Program-made: the position numbers and the translations under genes | Assembly (NCBI GenBank): GCA_964650645.1 | Contig: CAZYUH010000001.1 | Location: 79,373-143,372 of the forward strand | Direction of reading: 5' to 3' | DNA from: an uncultured Candidatus Saccharibacteria bacterium | GTDB taxonomy: Bacteria; Patescibacteriota; Minisyncoccia; Phycocordibacterales; SBAW01 | DNA: 64,000 nt | The notes under the pieces: generated by a model | Seen by the model: only the letters and a program-made list of their open reading frames with translations | The model's database searches: none | What the model was told of the DNA's origin: nothing | In this document: positions 1 to 9,595 of the stretch, in pieces | Position numbering within the stretch: position 1 is the stretch's first letter | Layout of the letters: each line of letters opens with the position of its first letter

Positions 1-1105
1 AGCCCTGGCCGTACTCAAACGCACCCGAAAGGTCCATTACCGCAGCGTCCAAGCTCATGCCCTGCGACTTGTGCACCGTCATGGCCCATGCCAGGCGCAG
101 GGGCACCTGGGCAATCTGCGCCAGCACGCGCTTGCCGTCCTCGATGCGCCACTCCTCGGGCTCGGCCTCTATAAGCTTGCCCGCGCGCGTGCGGACCTGC
201 GGCCATCCGGCCGCGCTCCAGCCCTCGACGCGCCCCAGGGTGCCGTTGACGTAGCCGTGCTCAAAGTTGTTGCGCGTAAACATGACCGCCGCGCCCTCCT
301 TGAGCGTGAGCGTCTCGGGCGACAGGCATCCGCGCTTGAGCGCCTCGACAAGCGTCGCGGAACCCGAGGCGCGCATCTGGTACACGCGTGAGGCGTTCTC
401 GATGCGGCCCAGCGCCTCGGCGTTAAGGCGGTCGACGTCCTCGTTGTGCGGGTAAAGGCGCGTCGCGTTCGCGGGCGCCCCGCCCTCGCGGTAGCGCGTG
501 CGCAAAAGCTCGCGGTGCTCGTCTTCGAGCGCCCCTTGGCGCATCGCGGCCAGTAATTGCAGGAACAGCCCGTCGTCCTGGCGGTGCTGTTCCGAGAGGT
601 AGCAGACGAGCGGGTTGGCCGCCTCCCATGCCGGCGACGCGAAGGCGAACGCGGCCGGCTCGCCCTTCGACACCGGCGGCAGCTGGAAGAAGTCGCCCAC
701 GAACACCGCCTGCAGGCCGCCGAACGGGCTCTCATTGCCGCGCAGGTGCGAAAGCGCGCGGTCCACGAGCGATACGAGATTCGCGTCGAGCATGGATATC
801 TCGTCTATGATGAGCACCTTCGCCGCGCGCACGCGCCGCACCAGGGGCTCGCGCTCCATGAGCGCCTCAAGCTCCCACTCGCCGAGGCTCTTCTTTATGC
901 CCACCCCGCTCCAGGCGTGTATGGTCATGCCGCCCACGTGCGTCGCCGCGATGCCGGTAGAAGCGGTAATGGCGGGCTCGATGCCGCGCTCGCGCAGCCA
1001 CGCCACGTAGCGATTGATGACGTAGGTCTTGCCCGCGCCCGGCTCCCCGGTAAGGAAGACGTTCGCGCCGGTTTTTAAGATATTGAGCGCTTCTTCTTGT
1101 TTCAT
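1..1105 (-). CDS. PIF1/RecD-like SF1 helicase (AAA_30), C-terminally truncated by window edge; not in ORF track because it runs off position 1
   Basis: Manual translation from ATG at 1105: MKQEEALNILKTGANVFLTGEPGAGKTYVINRY... Walker A GEPGAGKT, motif AVFVGDFFQLPPV, DEISML Walker B-like; typical Pif1 family. Confidence 0.6.
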   Translation of the reverse strand, partial: MKQEEALNILKTGANVFLTGEPGAGKTYVINRYVAWLRERGIEPAITASTGIAATHVGGMTIHAWSGVGIKKSLGEWELEALMEREPLVRRVRAAKVLIIDEISMLDANLVSLVDRALSHLRGNESPFGGLQAVFVGDFFQLPPVSKGEPAAFAFASPAWEAANPLVCYLSEQHRQDDGLFLQLLAAMRQGALEDEHRELLRTRYREGGAPANATRLYPHNEDVDRLNAEALGRIENASRVYQMRASGSATLVEALKRGCLSPETLTLKEGAAVMFTRNNFEHGYVNGTLGRVEGWSAAGWPQVRTRAGKLIEAEPEEWRIEDGKRVLAQIAQVPLRLAWAMTVHKSQGMSLDAAVMDLSGAFEYGQG

Positions 1106-1423
1106 GTTGTTGGCGAGACTCCCCAAAAGCCAAGCTTGCCGGAGTGCGGATATTTTCTGAGGAAAATTCCTATCATCGAGCGAGTGAGAGAACAAAAGCC
1201 CTGCTTTTGATTCCGAGCGAGCGAAGATGATATGCCTACATACTACGCTACGCACCGTCGTGCTCGCGACACTCCGGACAAACTTGTTTTTGGGAGTCTC
1301 GTTGCGGCGTAAAACAAGTTCGCAAGGGGCTCCGCAGGCGTCGTCTGTCGACCCGCGGGAATGAGGATCTGTCGATTTTCACCAGGAAAGTCGTGTACCC
1401 TTGCGGACTTCGTTTTACAGAGC

Positions 1424-1810
1424 TTACTTCTCCCCCTCCCCGAACTCCATGCAGACCGAGTTTATGCAGTAGCGCGCGCCCGTCACCGTCGGCCCGTCGT
1501 CGAAGAGATGCCCCAGGTGGCTGCCGCACTGCGCGCACACCGCCTCGGTGCGCTCCATGCCACGGCTCGCGTCGGGCACCTCCTTGACCGCGCCCGGCAG
1601 GGCCTGGTCGAAGGAAGGCCAGCCCGAGCCGGAGTCGAACTTCGCATTGGACGAGAACAGCGGGTTGCCGCACGCCGCGCACTTGAACACGCCGTCGCGC
1701 TCCTCGTGCAGGAGCTTGCCCGTAAACGGCGCCTCGGTGCCCTTTTGGCGCAGGGCCTCGTACTGCTCGGGGGTCAGCTTATCCTTCCACTCCTGTTCGC
1801 TGTTAGGCAT
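1424..1810 (-). CDS. msrB: peptide methionine (R)-S-oxide reductase MsrB
   Basis: 128 aa; CxxC...CxxC zinc ribbon (CAACGNPLF, CAQCGSHLGHLF), conserved SelR domain sequence. Confidence 0.9.
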   Translation of the reverse strand: MPNSEQEWKDKLTPEQYEALRQKGTEAPFTGKLLHEERDGVFKCAACGNPLFSSNAKFDSGSGWPSFDQALPGAVKEVPDASRGMERTEAVCAQCGSHLGHLFDDGPTVTGARYCINSVCMEFGEGEK

Positions 1811-1838
1811 ACGCTTGAATTACGCTGCTAATCGCCCG

Positions 1839-2516
1839 CTACTCCCAAACATCTTCAGCAATGGCGGTGACGTCGTCCGCATCCGTATCGGCCACGGCGG
1901 CCGGTATGACGCATAATACCCTGCCCGCTATCTTGAAGTCCTCGCGCAGGACTATCGGCTTGTACTTCGGGTCCTTGTTCTCCGGGTAGAGTATCGTCAC
2001 TCCGTCGCGGCGCTCCAGGCGCTTGACGGTCACCATGTCGCCCACTATCGCCGCCACGCGGTCGCCGGACTTCACGTTGTCGGTGAACTGCACCAGTATG
2101 TAGTCGCCGCTTTGGATGCCCGCATCGAGCATCGAGTCGCCCACCGCGCGCACGGCCACTATCTCGCCGTTCTCCTCGACAATCTTCTTGTCTACCTGGA
2201 GGAACTCATCGTACTGCTCTTGGGCGAATATGGACAGGTCGTCGCAGCCCACGTTCGCCACCACCGGGACCGGGACGAGCGTCTCGGTGCGGCCCTCGGC
2301 GTCTATGGGGCGCAGTTCAATATTGCGGCGGGCATACTTGCGGCGCACCATGTAGCCCTTGCGCTCCAAGATGTCGAGGTACTGCACGACGGTGCGCAGG
2401 GACTTGAACCCGAGGTTGCGCCGGAGCTCCTCGAGCGTCGGCGGCTCGCCTTTTGCCTGGATGTAGAGCGATATGTTCTCCAAGACCCGCTTCTGCTTGC
2501 CAGTGAGTGTGTTCAT
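1839..2516 (-). CDS. lexA: LexA repressor (S24 peptidase)
   Basis: 225 aa; N-terminal winged HTH, C-terminal S24 with GDSM motif and VKRL Lys region. Confidence 0.9.
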   Translation of the reverse strand: MNTLTGKQKRVLENISLYIQAKGEPPTLEELRRNLGFKSLRTVVQYLDILERKGYMVRRKYARRNIELRPIDAEGRTETLVPVPVVANVGCDDLSIFAQEQYDEFLQVDKKIVEENGEIVAVRAVGDSMLDAGIQSGDYILVQFTDNVKSGDRVAAIVGDMVTVKRLERRDGVTILYPENKDPKYKPIVLREDFKIAGRVLCVIPAAVADTDADDVTAIAEDVWE

Positions 2517-2531
2517 ATGTGTGCCGCTACC

Positions 2532-2555
2532 TTAGTAATATACACATATTAGCAC
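2532..2555. promoter_or_regulatory. imperfect palindrome TAGTAATAT-ACAC-ATATTAGCA 16-39 nt upstream of lexA start; candidate LexA operator; followed by tandem AAATACACAA repeats (2569-2587)
   Basis: AATAT-N4-ATATT core is self-complementary; position immediately 5' of lexA on its coding strand. Confidence 0.3.
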
Positions 2556-2652
2556 AATTCAGGCTAAAAAATACACAAAATACACAAATTCTTGGGGACA
2601 AGCTATCCGGAAACGCAAAACAGGCGATGTCTAGCCCCCAGGCGGCGGCGCC

Positions 2653-2970
2653 TTACTGGGTATGGGTCTCGCGGCGGGACGGCAGGGCGAACACCTCCTT
2701 CGCCCTCATCTTTGCGACAACGAAGAGGTAGATTATTTCGAGGATGCCGAACGTGTTGACGATAAGCAAAGCGAGAAACCACCAGTACTGGCCGCGGCGC
2801 GCGGCATGCCAGAGCGCCAGCCCCTTCCATATGAGCGCCCACAGGACGAACAGCACCGCGAACGGCATGAGCGCCCCCAGCCAGAACGGCAGCATCCAAT
2901 CGTGCCCGCCCTGCACCACCACGGTGTGCGCCTGCCCCCACTCGCCCGGCCCGTACATGTACGTATTCAT
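2653..2970 (-). CDS. small Trp-rich integral membrane protein, unknown function
   Basis: 105 aa, 2-3 predicted TM helices, W-rich; start may be internal. Confidence 0.45.
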   Translation of the reverse strand: MNTYMYGPGEWGQAHTVVVQGGHDWMLPFWLGALMPFAVLFVLWALIWKGLALWHAARRGQYWWFLALLIVNTFGILEIIYLFVVAKMRAKEVFALPSRRETHTQ

Positions 2971-2989
2971 GCCTTATAGTATATACCCG

Positions 2990-3262
2990 CTAAATGACGA
3001 GGAGCGCCGCCGACGCGAAGCCGCTCAGGACGCCGGCAATGGTCACCGACGCCAGCGAGCGGTGCACGCCGTACATGGTCCACACGATGTTGTTGCCGAG
3101 GATGACCCACAGCGTGAGCGAGGAGAGCGTGTTGGGCACGCCGAGCGCGAGGATGAGGTATATCTGCGGGTAGAGCGCGAGGCCGGACACGGCGCCGTTG
3201 ACGACGGCGAGCTTGTCGATGAAATGGTGGTGGCTCAGCGCCTCGATGGGAGCGGTGCTCAT
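2990..3262 (-). CDS. SemiSWEET / PQ-loop sugar transporter-like membrane protein
   Basis: 90 aa, 3 TM, LYPQIY PQ-loop motif. Confidence 0.55.
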   Translation of the reverse strand: MSTAPIEALSHHHFIDKLAVVNGAVSGLALYPQIYLILALGVPNTLSSLTLWVILGNNIVWTMYGVHRSLASVTIAGVLSGFASAALLVI

Positions 3263-3292
3263 TCGGTAAGTATACCTTGCGCCGCGAGGGCT

Positions 3293-3967
3293 TTACGGCT
3301 TTACCACGGACCACGCGCCGCCCGCCCCCTGGCCCCGCGCATCATACGGCGAAGCGTCCTTCGAATAAAAATAGAGCGGCGCGCCGTTGTACGTGACCTG
3401 GAGCGCGCCGTCCGCGCGCGATATGGTGCCGACCTCGCCCGTGGTCGCGGAAGAAACGTGGATATCGGACTTTGATTTGACGGTGTACGGCGGCCAGGTT
3501 TCAGCGCAGACGCCCGTGCACGCGGACGCGCCGGGCGTCTGCTTGTCGGGCGCGTACGCGTACACGGTCATGCCGTTGTACGCGGACAAGTACGTGCCTA
3601 GCGCCTCGGTAGCGCTGATGCCGAGAATGAGGTTCTGCCCTACGCCGGTCCCGTCGCCCTGGCCCGGCACCGAAGCGTCGCCCAAGCCCGGATCGTCGGC
3701 CGCGGTGCCGCCGCCAGAGGCGGCGTCCTGCCCGGACGGCTCGGGAGCGCCGGTAGGCGCGCTAGGCTCGGGGCACGGCGCGAAGGCGCAGTTGGGGCCC
3801 GTGCGGCCCACCGAGGAGCCGTCGGGGCACACCATCGCTTCCATGGTGCAAGCTTGCATGCCGCCCATGCCCGGAATGGCCGGGCCCCCGTGCAGGGACC
3901 ACCAGTACCATCCGCCCAGCACGGCGAGCGCGGCAGCAAGACCCCCGATAACGAATGACGTACGCAT
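3293..3967 (-). CDS. secreted/lipoprotein with Yx(FWY)xxD repeats (COG4315 family)
   Basis: True start MRTSFVIGGLAAALAVLG (signal/TM) at 3967; repeats TVYAYAPD and LYFYSKD; long upstream ORF extension 3293..4453 overlaps ROK gene and is rejected. Confidence 0.7.
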   Translation of the reverse strand: MRTSFVIGGLAAALAVLGGWYWWSLHGGPAIPGMGGMQACTMEAMVCPDGSSVGRTGPNCAFAPCPEPSAPTGAPEPSGQDAASGGGTAADDPGLGDASVPGQGDGTGVGQNLILGISATEALGTYLSAYNGMTVYAYAPDKQTPGASACTGVCAETWPPYTVKSKSDIHVSSATTGEVGTISRADGALQVTYNGAPLYFYSKDASPYDARGQGAGGAWSVVKP

Positions 3968-3981
3968 AATGAAAGTATACC

Positions 3982-4776
3982 CTAGAGCATGAGCGCGCCC
4001 ACAAGGCCCGCCCTGCCGCCCAGCGCGCCCAGCTTGAGCGGCGGCATCTGCGGCACCGGCGCCGGCAGGGCGGCGTACCGCTTGGCGATGCGCTCGAGAA
4101 GCCCCGGGTTGCCGGTAATGACGGAACCGCCGAATACGATAATGTCGGGCGACCAGAACGCGACCGCGTTGTGCGCCATGACGGCGAGCGCGTGCGCGAC
4201 CTCGTCCTGCGCCTCCTCGCTCGCCTGCGAAATGTGCACGCCATGCTTCTTTTCGATGGCGCGGCCCGACGCTATCGACTCGACCGTGGCGCCCGACGCG
4301 TAGTCGATTATCTCGTTGCCCGGCTCGTAGCCCGCCGAACGGGGCGCTATGGCCCCGTCGACGGCGCACGCGCCTCCCACGCCCGTGCCCACTGTCAGGT
4401 ACGCGACGATGTTCGCGCCGCGCCCAGCGCCCGCGCGCGCCTCGCCCAGGCACGCGGCCGCGGCATCGTTTTCCACTACCACGCGCGCGGCGGGATACCG
4501 CTCCTTGATGGCGCCCGCGATGTCGGCGCCCTCCCAGTCGGGCAGATTGCGCGACGGAAACAAGAGCGCGCTGTCGTGCACCACGCCCGCCACGCCGCCC
4601 GTAATGGCCTCGGGCTTTTCACCCGCGGCCGCCTCTTCTAAAAGGCGCGCGAGCGCGGCGCGCGCCTCGCCCCACGCCTGCGGCGTATCCGCGACGAGCG
4701 GCTCGGCTATGCCCGCGCCGTCCGCGGATGCCGCGACGCGCATATTGGTCCCCCCTATGTCGAACACGAGCCTCAT
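3982..4776 (-). CDS. ROK family sugar kinase (glucokinase-like)
   Basis: 264 aa; N-terminal DIGGTNMR ATPase motif, ROK signature region. Confidence 0.8.
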   Translation of the reverse strand: MRLVFDIGGTNMRVAASADGAGIAEPLVADTPQAWGEARAALARLLEEAAAGEKPEAITGGVAGVVHDSALLFPSRNLPDWEGADIAGAIKERYPAARVVVENDAAAACLGEARAGAGRGANIVAYLTVGTGVGGACAVDGAIAPRSAGYEPGNEIIDYASGATVESIASGRAIEKKHGVHISQASEEAQDEVAHALAVMAHNAVAFWSPDIIVFGGSVITGNPGLLERIAKRYAALPAPVPQMPPLKLGALGGRAGLVGALML

Positions 4777-5684
4777 GCGATGCGCTTCTTGAATTCTTCT
4801 ATAATGCGCGTGTCGTCAGGGTCGGCGCCGCGCTCGAGCGCGAGCGCGCGGGCCCGCTCCTGCGCGAGAAGCGCCACGGCCACGAGCCTCTTGAGGGGCT
4901 CCGCAGGAACGGCGATGTTCTCGACGGCGACGCCGCGCTCCTGCGCGAGCGCCGCAAATACGTCCATGCGCTTTATGACGCGCGGGTCGTCGCTTTGGTC
5001 GCGCAGAAGCATGACGCGCGCGCCAGCGCCGCCTTCAAGCGTCGCTATCATCTCGTTGTGATTGAGCTCAGGGAAGGTGTTCGCGAACGCCGGTACTTTC
5101 GATGTTTCGTTGAACTGGACCTTGAAGTACTGAGCGAGCGCGGCATTCTTCTGCGAGGAGTATATGAGCGGCACGGCCCGCCCCAACGGAGCGCCCTGCG
5201 CCTGCGCTCCGGCGGACGATGCGGCCGCTGCGGCGCGCAGCGCCGCAAGCTCCCGCGCGCGGCCAAGCAGCGCCAGGAGCGCCACGGCGTGGTATCCGAC
5301 GCTCGCGCGCGGCGAGAGCGGGCTGTGCGGCAAAACAACGTGCGGGATATTCTCCGCGAGGGCGTACTCGATGAGCCTGCCGCCGAGGCTTATGGCCGCG
5401 CACGGCAGGCCGCGCTCGCGCGCGGCGCGCAAAAAGTCGAGCGTCTCCTCGGTGTTGCCCGAATGCGACACGGCGATTGCCAGGGTGCCCTCGGACACGG
5501 CCGGCAGGCCGTAGTCATGGTGCGTCGAAATGCCTAATTCGGGCGCGGCGGCGGATAGAAGGTCGGCGGCCAGATGGCTCCCGCCCATGCCGCCGACCAA
5601 AACGCGCGCGGCGGCGGGCGCCGCGCCGACGACGGCCGGCTCCCAGGAAAACTGCGAAAGGAAACTGTCGCGAAGCGTGTCCAT
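4773..5684 (-). CDS. SIS-domain bifunctional phosphoglucose/phosphomannose isomerase-like protein
   Basis: GMGGS and SHSGNTEET SIS motifs; start at MDTLRD (5684), abuts upstream gene stop at 5686. Confidence 0.75.
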   Translation of the reverse strand: MDTLRDSFLSQFSWEPAVVGAAPAAARVLVGGMGGSHLAADLLSAAAPELGISTHHDYGLPAVSEGTLAIAVSHSGNTEETLDFLRAARERGLPCAAISLGGRLIEYALAENIPHVVLPHSPLSPRASVGYHAVALLALLGRARELAALRAAAAASSAGAQAQGAPLGRAVPLIYSSQKNAALAQYFKVQFNETSKVPAFANTFPELNHNEMIATLEGGAGARVMLLRDQSDDPRVIKRMDVFAALAQERGVAVENIAVPAEPLKRLVAVALLAQERARALALERGADPDDTRIIEEFKKRIA

Positions 5685-5685
5685 A

Positions 5686-6960
5686 TTATCCCGTAGTATG
5701 CGGCTGCTCGAGCATATCGACAACCAGGCCGCCCCAGGTAAAGCCTTCCGCGCCCAGTCCCTCGCCGGTCACGGGGTTGAAGTACTCGCGGAAGCCGGAT
5801 TTTTCAAGGAGCCGTATCGAGCGCTCCAGCACGCGCGCGGCGTCCTCGACCATGCCGTAGCGGATGAGCCCGCGGTATATGAACCAGTTGGGCGCCATCC
5901 AGGAAGGCCCGCGCCAGAAGCCCTGAGGGTCGAACGATGGCTCGTCCTGAGACACGGTAGGCACGCCGTACGGCGCGTCGAACTCGGCCGCGTTGCGCAG
6001 GTGCTTTTCAACGAGCGCCTGCGCCTCTTCCTTGGTCGGAATGCCGGCGAAGAGCGGCGCGAAAATGCCCCACGTCTTCGTCTTAATCTTCTCGTAGTGC
6101 TCGCCGTGCGTCGACCAGAACACGCCGTCCTCGAGCATGAGCTCGCGCATCGCGGCCGCCACGCGCCCGGCCTCGGCGTCGAAGTAGGCCGCGTCGTAGC
6201 TCTGCTCGAGCTTCTCGGCGATGCGCGCGAGGCAGCGCAGGTTCTCCACCATAATGGCGTTGAACGGCACATCCTTGACCCAGAAGAAGTTCTTCATGCA
6301 GAAGGGCGCGTCGAACTTGCAGGTCCGGTTCTCATCCACCAGGGTCAGCCGCTGGGCGAAGTTCTCTATAAGCGTATGGACCGGCGGCAGGCCGAGCACC
6401 CCGTCGAAGCGCGGGCTGTTGTCCTCGCCCGACTCGTCGGGGTTGATGAGGCCCACCAGGTGCCGCGCGTGCGGGTCGCGCTCGTGCAAAAGATACTGGT
6501 AGAAGTGGAAGAGCTTCGGGTACAGCTCTTTTAGGAACGCCGCGTCGCGGTCGCGGTTGTATACCTGCCAGGCCGCGTAGGCGAGCATGGGCGGCTGGGT
6601 GATGCTCGACGTGCCCTCGCGGCCCCAGTCTATCTTCACGAAGTCGGCCTCCTGCCAGTAGATCATGTGCGGGATCATGCCGTTCTCGAACTGCCGGGAC
6701 ACCAGCGAGCGCAGCTCGGCCTTGGCGTCCTTTATTGATATGTGCGAGAGGATGATGGCGTGGAAGCACGAGTCCCACAGCCACTGGTACGGGTAGGTGG
6801 CCGGCGACGGCAGAGTGTACTGGAACCCGTCCGTCGTACGCCTGTTCTGAAGGAGTATGTCCGCTGCCTGCCGCTTCAGCTTTTCCGCGCGCGCCGCCGC
6901 GGCATCCTGGGGCGCGGCAATGCCGCGCGCCGCCGCCGTGTCTGGTTGCATGCCTTTCAT
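5686..6960 (-). CDS. six-hairpin glycoside hydrolase (GH63/GH37-like; putative glucosyl/mannosylglycerate hydrolase or trehalase-like)
   Basis: 424 aa; YPYQWLWDSCFHAI and WRGPSWMAPNWFIYRGL motifs typical of (alpha/alpha)6 glucosidases. Confidence 0.6.
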   Translation of the reverse strand: MKGMQPDTAAARGIAAPQDAAAARAEKLKRQAADILLQNRRTTDGFQYTLPSPATYPYQWLWDSCFHAIILSHISIKDAKAELRSLVSRQFENGMIPHMIYWQEADFVKIDWGREGTSSITQPPMLAYAAWQVYNRDRDAAFLKELYPKLFHFYQYLLHERDPHARHLVGLINPDESGEDNSPRFDGVLGLPPVHTLIENFAQRLTLVDENRTCKFDAPFCMKNFFWVKDVPFNAIMVENLRCLARIAEKLEQSYDAAYFDAEAGRVAAAMRELMLEDGVFWSTHGEHYEKIKTKTWGIFAPLFAGIPTKEEAQALVEKHLRNAAEFDAPYGVPTVSQDEPSFDPQGFWRGPSWMAPNWFIYRGLIRYGMVEDAARVLERSIRLLEKSGFREYFNPVTGEGLGAEGFTWGGLVVDMLEQPHTTG

Positions 6961-7019
6961 TCTACCCCATGCTGCCGGGAGCTTCCCGGGCGGACTCCGC
7001 TGCGGGGTATACTTGGCCC

Positions 7020-8225
7020 ATGGAGCGCGAGGCGACCAGGGTATGCATCGCGGGCGGAGGCCCGGCGGGCATCATGCTAGGCTATCTCCTGGCGCGCGCA
7101 GGCATAGACGTTACCGTGCTTGAAAAATGGCCGGACTTCTTCCGCGACTTCCGCGGCGACACGATACACCCTTCGACCATGCAGATACTCCACGAGCTCG
7201 GGCTCCTCGAGGAATTTCTCGCGCTTCCCCATAGCGTCATGCGCCAGATGGTCCTGCACGCGGACGGACGGGAGATTCCCGTGGCCGACTTCGCGCGCAT
7301 CAGGGCGCGCTGCCCCTATATCGCCTTTATCCCGCAATGGGACTTCCTGAACTTCCTCGCAAGCAAGGGCCGCGCGCTCCCCGCCTTCCATCTCCTCATG
7401 GAAACCGAGGCGACCGATCTTATCCGCGAGGACGGCGCGGTCGTAGGCCTCAGGGCGAAAAACAAGGACGGCGCGTTCGATATAAGGGCCGAGCTCGTCG
7501 TGGGCGCCGACGGGCGGCACTCGACCGTCCGCGAAAGGAGCGGACTCGCTTCGCGCGCGCTCGGCTCGCCCATAGACGTGCTGTGGTTCAGGCTCTCCGC
7601 GCGCGGGAGCGACCCGGAGCAGTCCTTCGGCTACGTAGGCCGGAGGCAGGCGCTCGTGCTTTTGGACCGCCGCGACTACTGGCAGTGCGCGCGGCTTATC
7701 CCCAAGGGCGGGTTCGAGGACATCAAGGCGCGCGGGATCGAGGCGTTCCGCCAAGACATCGCAACGCTCGTGCCCATGCTGGCGCCAAGCGTGGGCGAGC
7801 TTGCGTCATTCGACCAGGTAAAGCTGCTTTCGGTGGCCATAGACCGGCTCGGCACCTGGCACGCCCCGGGCCTCCTCATGATAGGCGACAGCGCTCACGC
7901 CATGTCGCCCATAGGCGGCGTGGGCATCAACCTCGCCATCGCCGACGCGGTCGCCGCCGCTAACGTGCTGGTGCCGACGCTCAAGCGGGGGCCCGTGCGC
8001 ACGGAAGCCCTGGCCCGGGTCCGGGCGCGGCGCATGCTCCCCACCCGCATAATCCAGCGCATGCAGGCGCTTATGCAGGACCGCGTGCTCGCTCCCATGA
8101 TAGGAAGCCCGGGCGCGGCGCGATTGCCGCTCGCGCTCAGGCTCTTCGCCCGCATCCCCGCCCTGCGCGCGCTCCCCGCCTACATGATAGGCATCGGCAT
8201 CCGCGCCGAGCACATCAGGCACTAA
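7020..8225 (+). CDS. FAD-dependent monooxygenase (UbiH/salicylate hydroxylase class)
   Basis: CIAGGGPAG Rossmann dinucleotide motif, LIGDSAHAMSPIGGVGINLAIADA FAD-binding fingerprint; start at internal ATG 7020. Confidence 0.8.
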   Translation: MEREATRVCIAGGGPAGIMLGYLLARAGIDVTVLEKWPDFFRDFRGDTIHPSTMQILHELGLLEEFLALPHSVMRQMVLHADGREIPVADFARIRARCPYIAFIPQWDFLNFLASKGRALPAFHLLMETEATDLIREDGAVVGLRAKNKDGAFDIRAELVVGADGRHSTVRERSGLASRALGSPIDVLWFRLSARGSDPEQSFGYVGRRQALVLLDRRDYWQCARLIPKGGFEDIKARGIEAFRQDIATLVPMLAPSVGELASFDQVKLLSVAIDRLGTWHAPGLLMIGDSAHAMSPIGGVGINLAIADAVAAANVLVPTLKRGPVRTEALARVRARRMLPTRIIQRMQALMQDRVLAPMIGSPGAARLPLALRLFARIPALRALPAYMIGIGIRAEHIRH

Positions 8226-8237
8226 AAGGGCCCGGGA

Positions 8238-8654
8238 TTACTCCCGGGCTTTCTCTTGGACCCTCCAGCTGCGCACGCTGGACAGGATGCGCCGGAGCGC
8301 TTCGCACATGCTTTCCTCCTCCGTATCGTTAAACGGGACGCCATGCATGAGCGCGTGGATTTCCTTGAGGTTCGCGGGCACCTGCATGCGGAACCAGTCC
8401 GAGAAATTCCCCGACCTTTTGTAGCGCAGGTACCCGCCTGTCGCTTCCACCAGGCGCGCGTACTCCCACATGGACAGCACGCCGAACTCGTCAGACGCAG
8501 CCGCCCGCCTGAACCGGGCGTATTCTTGGCGCAGTACGTCGAACGCGTCCGCGCGCCACCCGCTCCCGCAATGCAGGCGCGCATGCAGGCCTCCGGCGTA
8601 CGCGGCGGACGCCTGCTCGGGCGGCAACGGCCCCCGTTTCTCGCTTCGCGGCAT
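8238..8654 (-). CDS. hypothetical protein
   Basis: Start chosen at MPRSEKRG preceded by AGGAGGAAGAT RBS; no recognisable domain. Confidence 0.5.
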   Translation of the reverse strand: MPRSEKRGPLPPEQASAAYAGGLHARLHCGSGWRADAFDVLRQEYARFRRAAASDEFGVLSMWEYARLVEATGGYLRYKRSGNFSDWFRMQVPANLKEIHALMHGVPFNDTEEESMCEALRRILSSVRSWRVQEKARE

Positions 8655-8715
8655 ATCTTCCTCCTTGCAATGATCGCTCGCCCAAGAGTAGTCCAAAACA
8701 GGCAAAAAGAAAACG

Positions 8716-8750
8716 GCGCGGCCTTTCGGCCGCGCCGCGCTGTTTTGGAG
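8716..8750. terminator. bidirectional rho-independent terminator (GGCGCGGCC-TTTC-GGCCGCGCC + T tract)
   Basis: GC-rich perfect hairpin with T-runs on both strands, between convergent genes. Confidence 0.5.
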
Positions 8751-8778
8751 GGGCTTTCGTCCCCACCCTTACGCACGG

Positions 8779-9093
8779 CTACTCCGGCATATTACGCTTG
8801 AGCCTGTCGAGCCCCCGATAGATGTTGTCAGTTATATAGTGCGTATCCTCGGGATGGTCTATGGCCCTGCTGACGCCGCGCATGACCCTCTCCAGTCCGT
8901 GGGCGTGCTCGATTGGTCCGTTATCGGCGCTCCTCAGTTTCTTCAGCAAGAGGTTGGCAAGGCCTTTCAAGGCTTCGCGCTGCTGCCCGTTCTCCTCGAA
9001 ATTGCCGAGCAGCCTCTCGGCTAGGTTCTCGAACTTCTCCGAAGCCTCCTCATCGAACGCGCGGCCGCGCGTCCTAACGTCACCCTTAATCAT
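8779..9093 (-). CDS. hypothetical small protein
   Basis: Start at internal MIKGD; upstream TTGACA-like promoter at ~9140-9175 lies inside the longer ORF, arguing for the shorter start. Confidence 0.4.
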   Translation of the reverse strand: MIKGDVRTRGRAFDEEASEKFENLAERLLGNFEENGQQREALKGLANLLLKKLRSADNGPIEHAHGLERVMRGVSRAIDHPEDTHYITDNIYRGLDRLKRNMPE

Positions 9094-9167
9094 CAGATTC
9101 TCCCGTAGCGTGAGCGGTGGCGGAAAAACTATTCCGTTATGTATTACATACCAAGTATATATATTTG

Positions 9168-9198
9168 TCAACAATACAAAGCCGCCCTCGCGGGCGGC
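9168..9198 (-). terminator. rho-independent terminator downstream of DUF1428 gene
   Basis: GCCGCCC-GCGA-GGGCGGC hairpin followed by TTTGTATTGTT on minus strand. Confidence 0.5.
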
Positions 9199-9223
9199 CC
9201 TTTCAGCTATTAGCGGGCGTGCG

Positions 9224-9595
9224 CTACCCTACCACGACCTTGAAGCCGGCGTAGGCCATGCGCTTGGGGTCGTTGGGCATGACGAAGTCCTTCTTCTCGG
9301 CGTAGGCCTTGTCGAAGTGGGCCATCACCTTCTTGTTGACCGCGTTGCGGTGCGCCTTGTTCTTGAACGCGATGTAGGAGAACCAGACCTGCTCGCCCGG
9401 CTTGGGCTTTGCCATCTTCCCGAAAGTGGTCACGACATGCTTGGGCGCCGCGTCGTCAATAACGCACTCCTTGTAGTCGAGCGCGCCGAACTTGAGCCAC
9501 GCCTCCTTCCCCTCGGCCGCCATCTTCTTGTACGCGGCCGCCTTGGCCTTGGGAACGACCAGCACGAACCCGTCTACGTATCCTGCTTTTGTCAT
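9224..9595 (-). CDS. DUF1428 family protein
   Basis: 123 aa; YVDGFVLVVPKAKAAAYKKMA... matches conserved DUF1428 N-terminus. Confidence 0.7.
   Translation of the reverse strand: MTKAGYVDGFVLVVPKAKAAAYKKMAAEGKEAWLKFGALDYKECVIDDAAPKHVVTTFGKMAKPKPGEQVWFSYIAFKNKAHRNAVNKKVMAHFDKAYAEKKDFVMPNDPKRMAYAGFKVVVG

Noticed and set aside
169-1078. ORFs 169..735(-), 557..1078(+), 615..1010(+) and others
   Set aside because: Arg/Ser/Ala-rich low-complexity translations overlapping the strongly supported PIF1-helicase frame. They are typical antisense or off-frame ORFs of high-GC DNA.
3293-4453. 386-aa ORF 3293..4453 and long N-terminal extensions of other ORFs (44312..46120, 55582..57981, 36433..37713, 51028..52827)
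   Set aside because: The upstream portions are Arg-rich junk that overlaps neighbouring genes. Conserved protein N-termini (signal peptides, MANPKYIF of PyrG, LigA N-terminus) begin at internal start codons.
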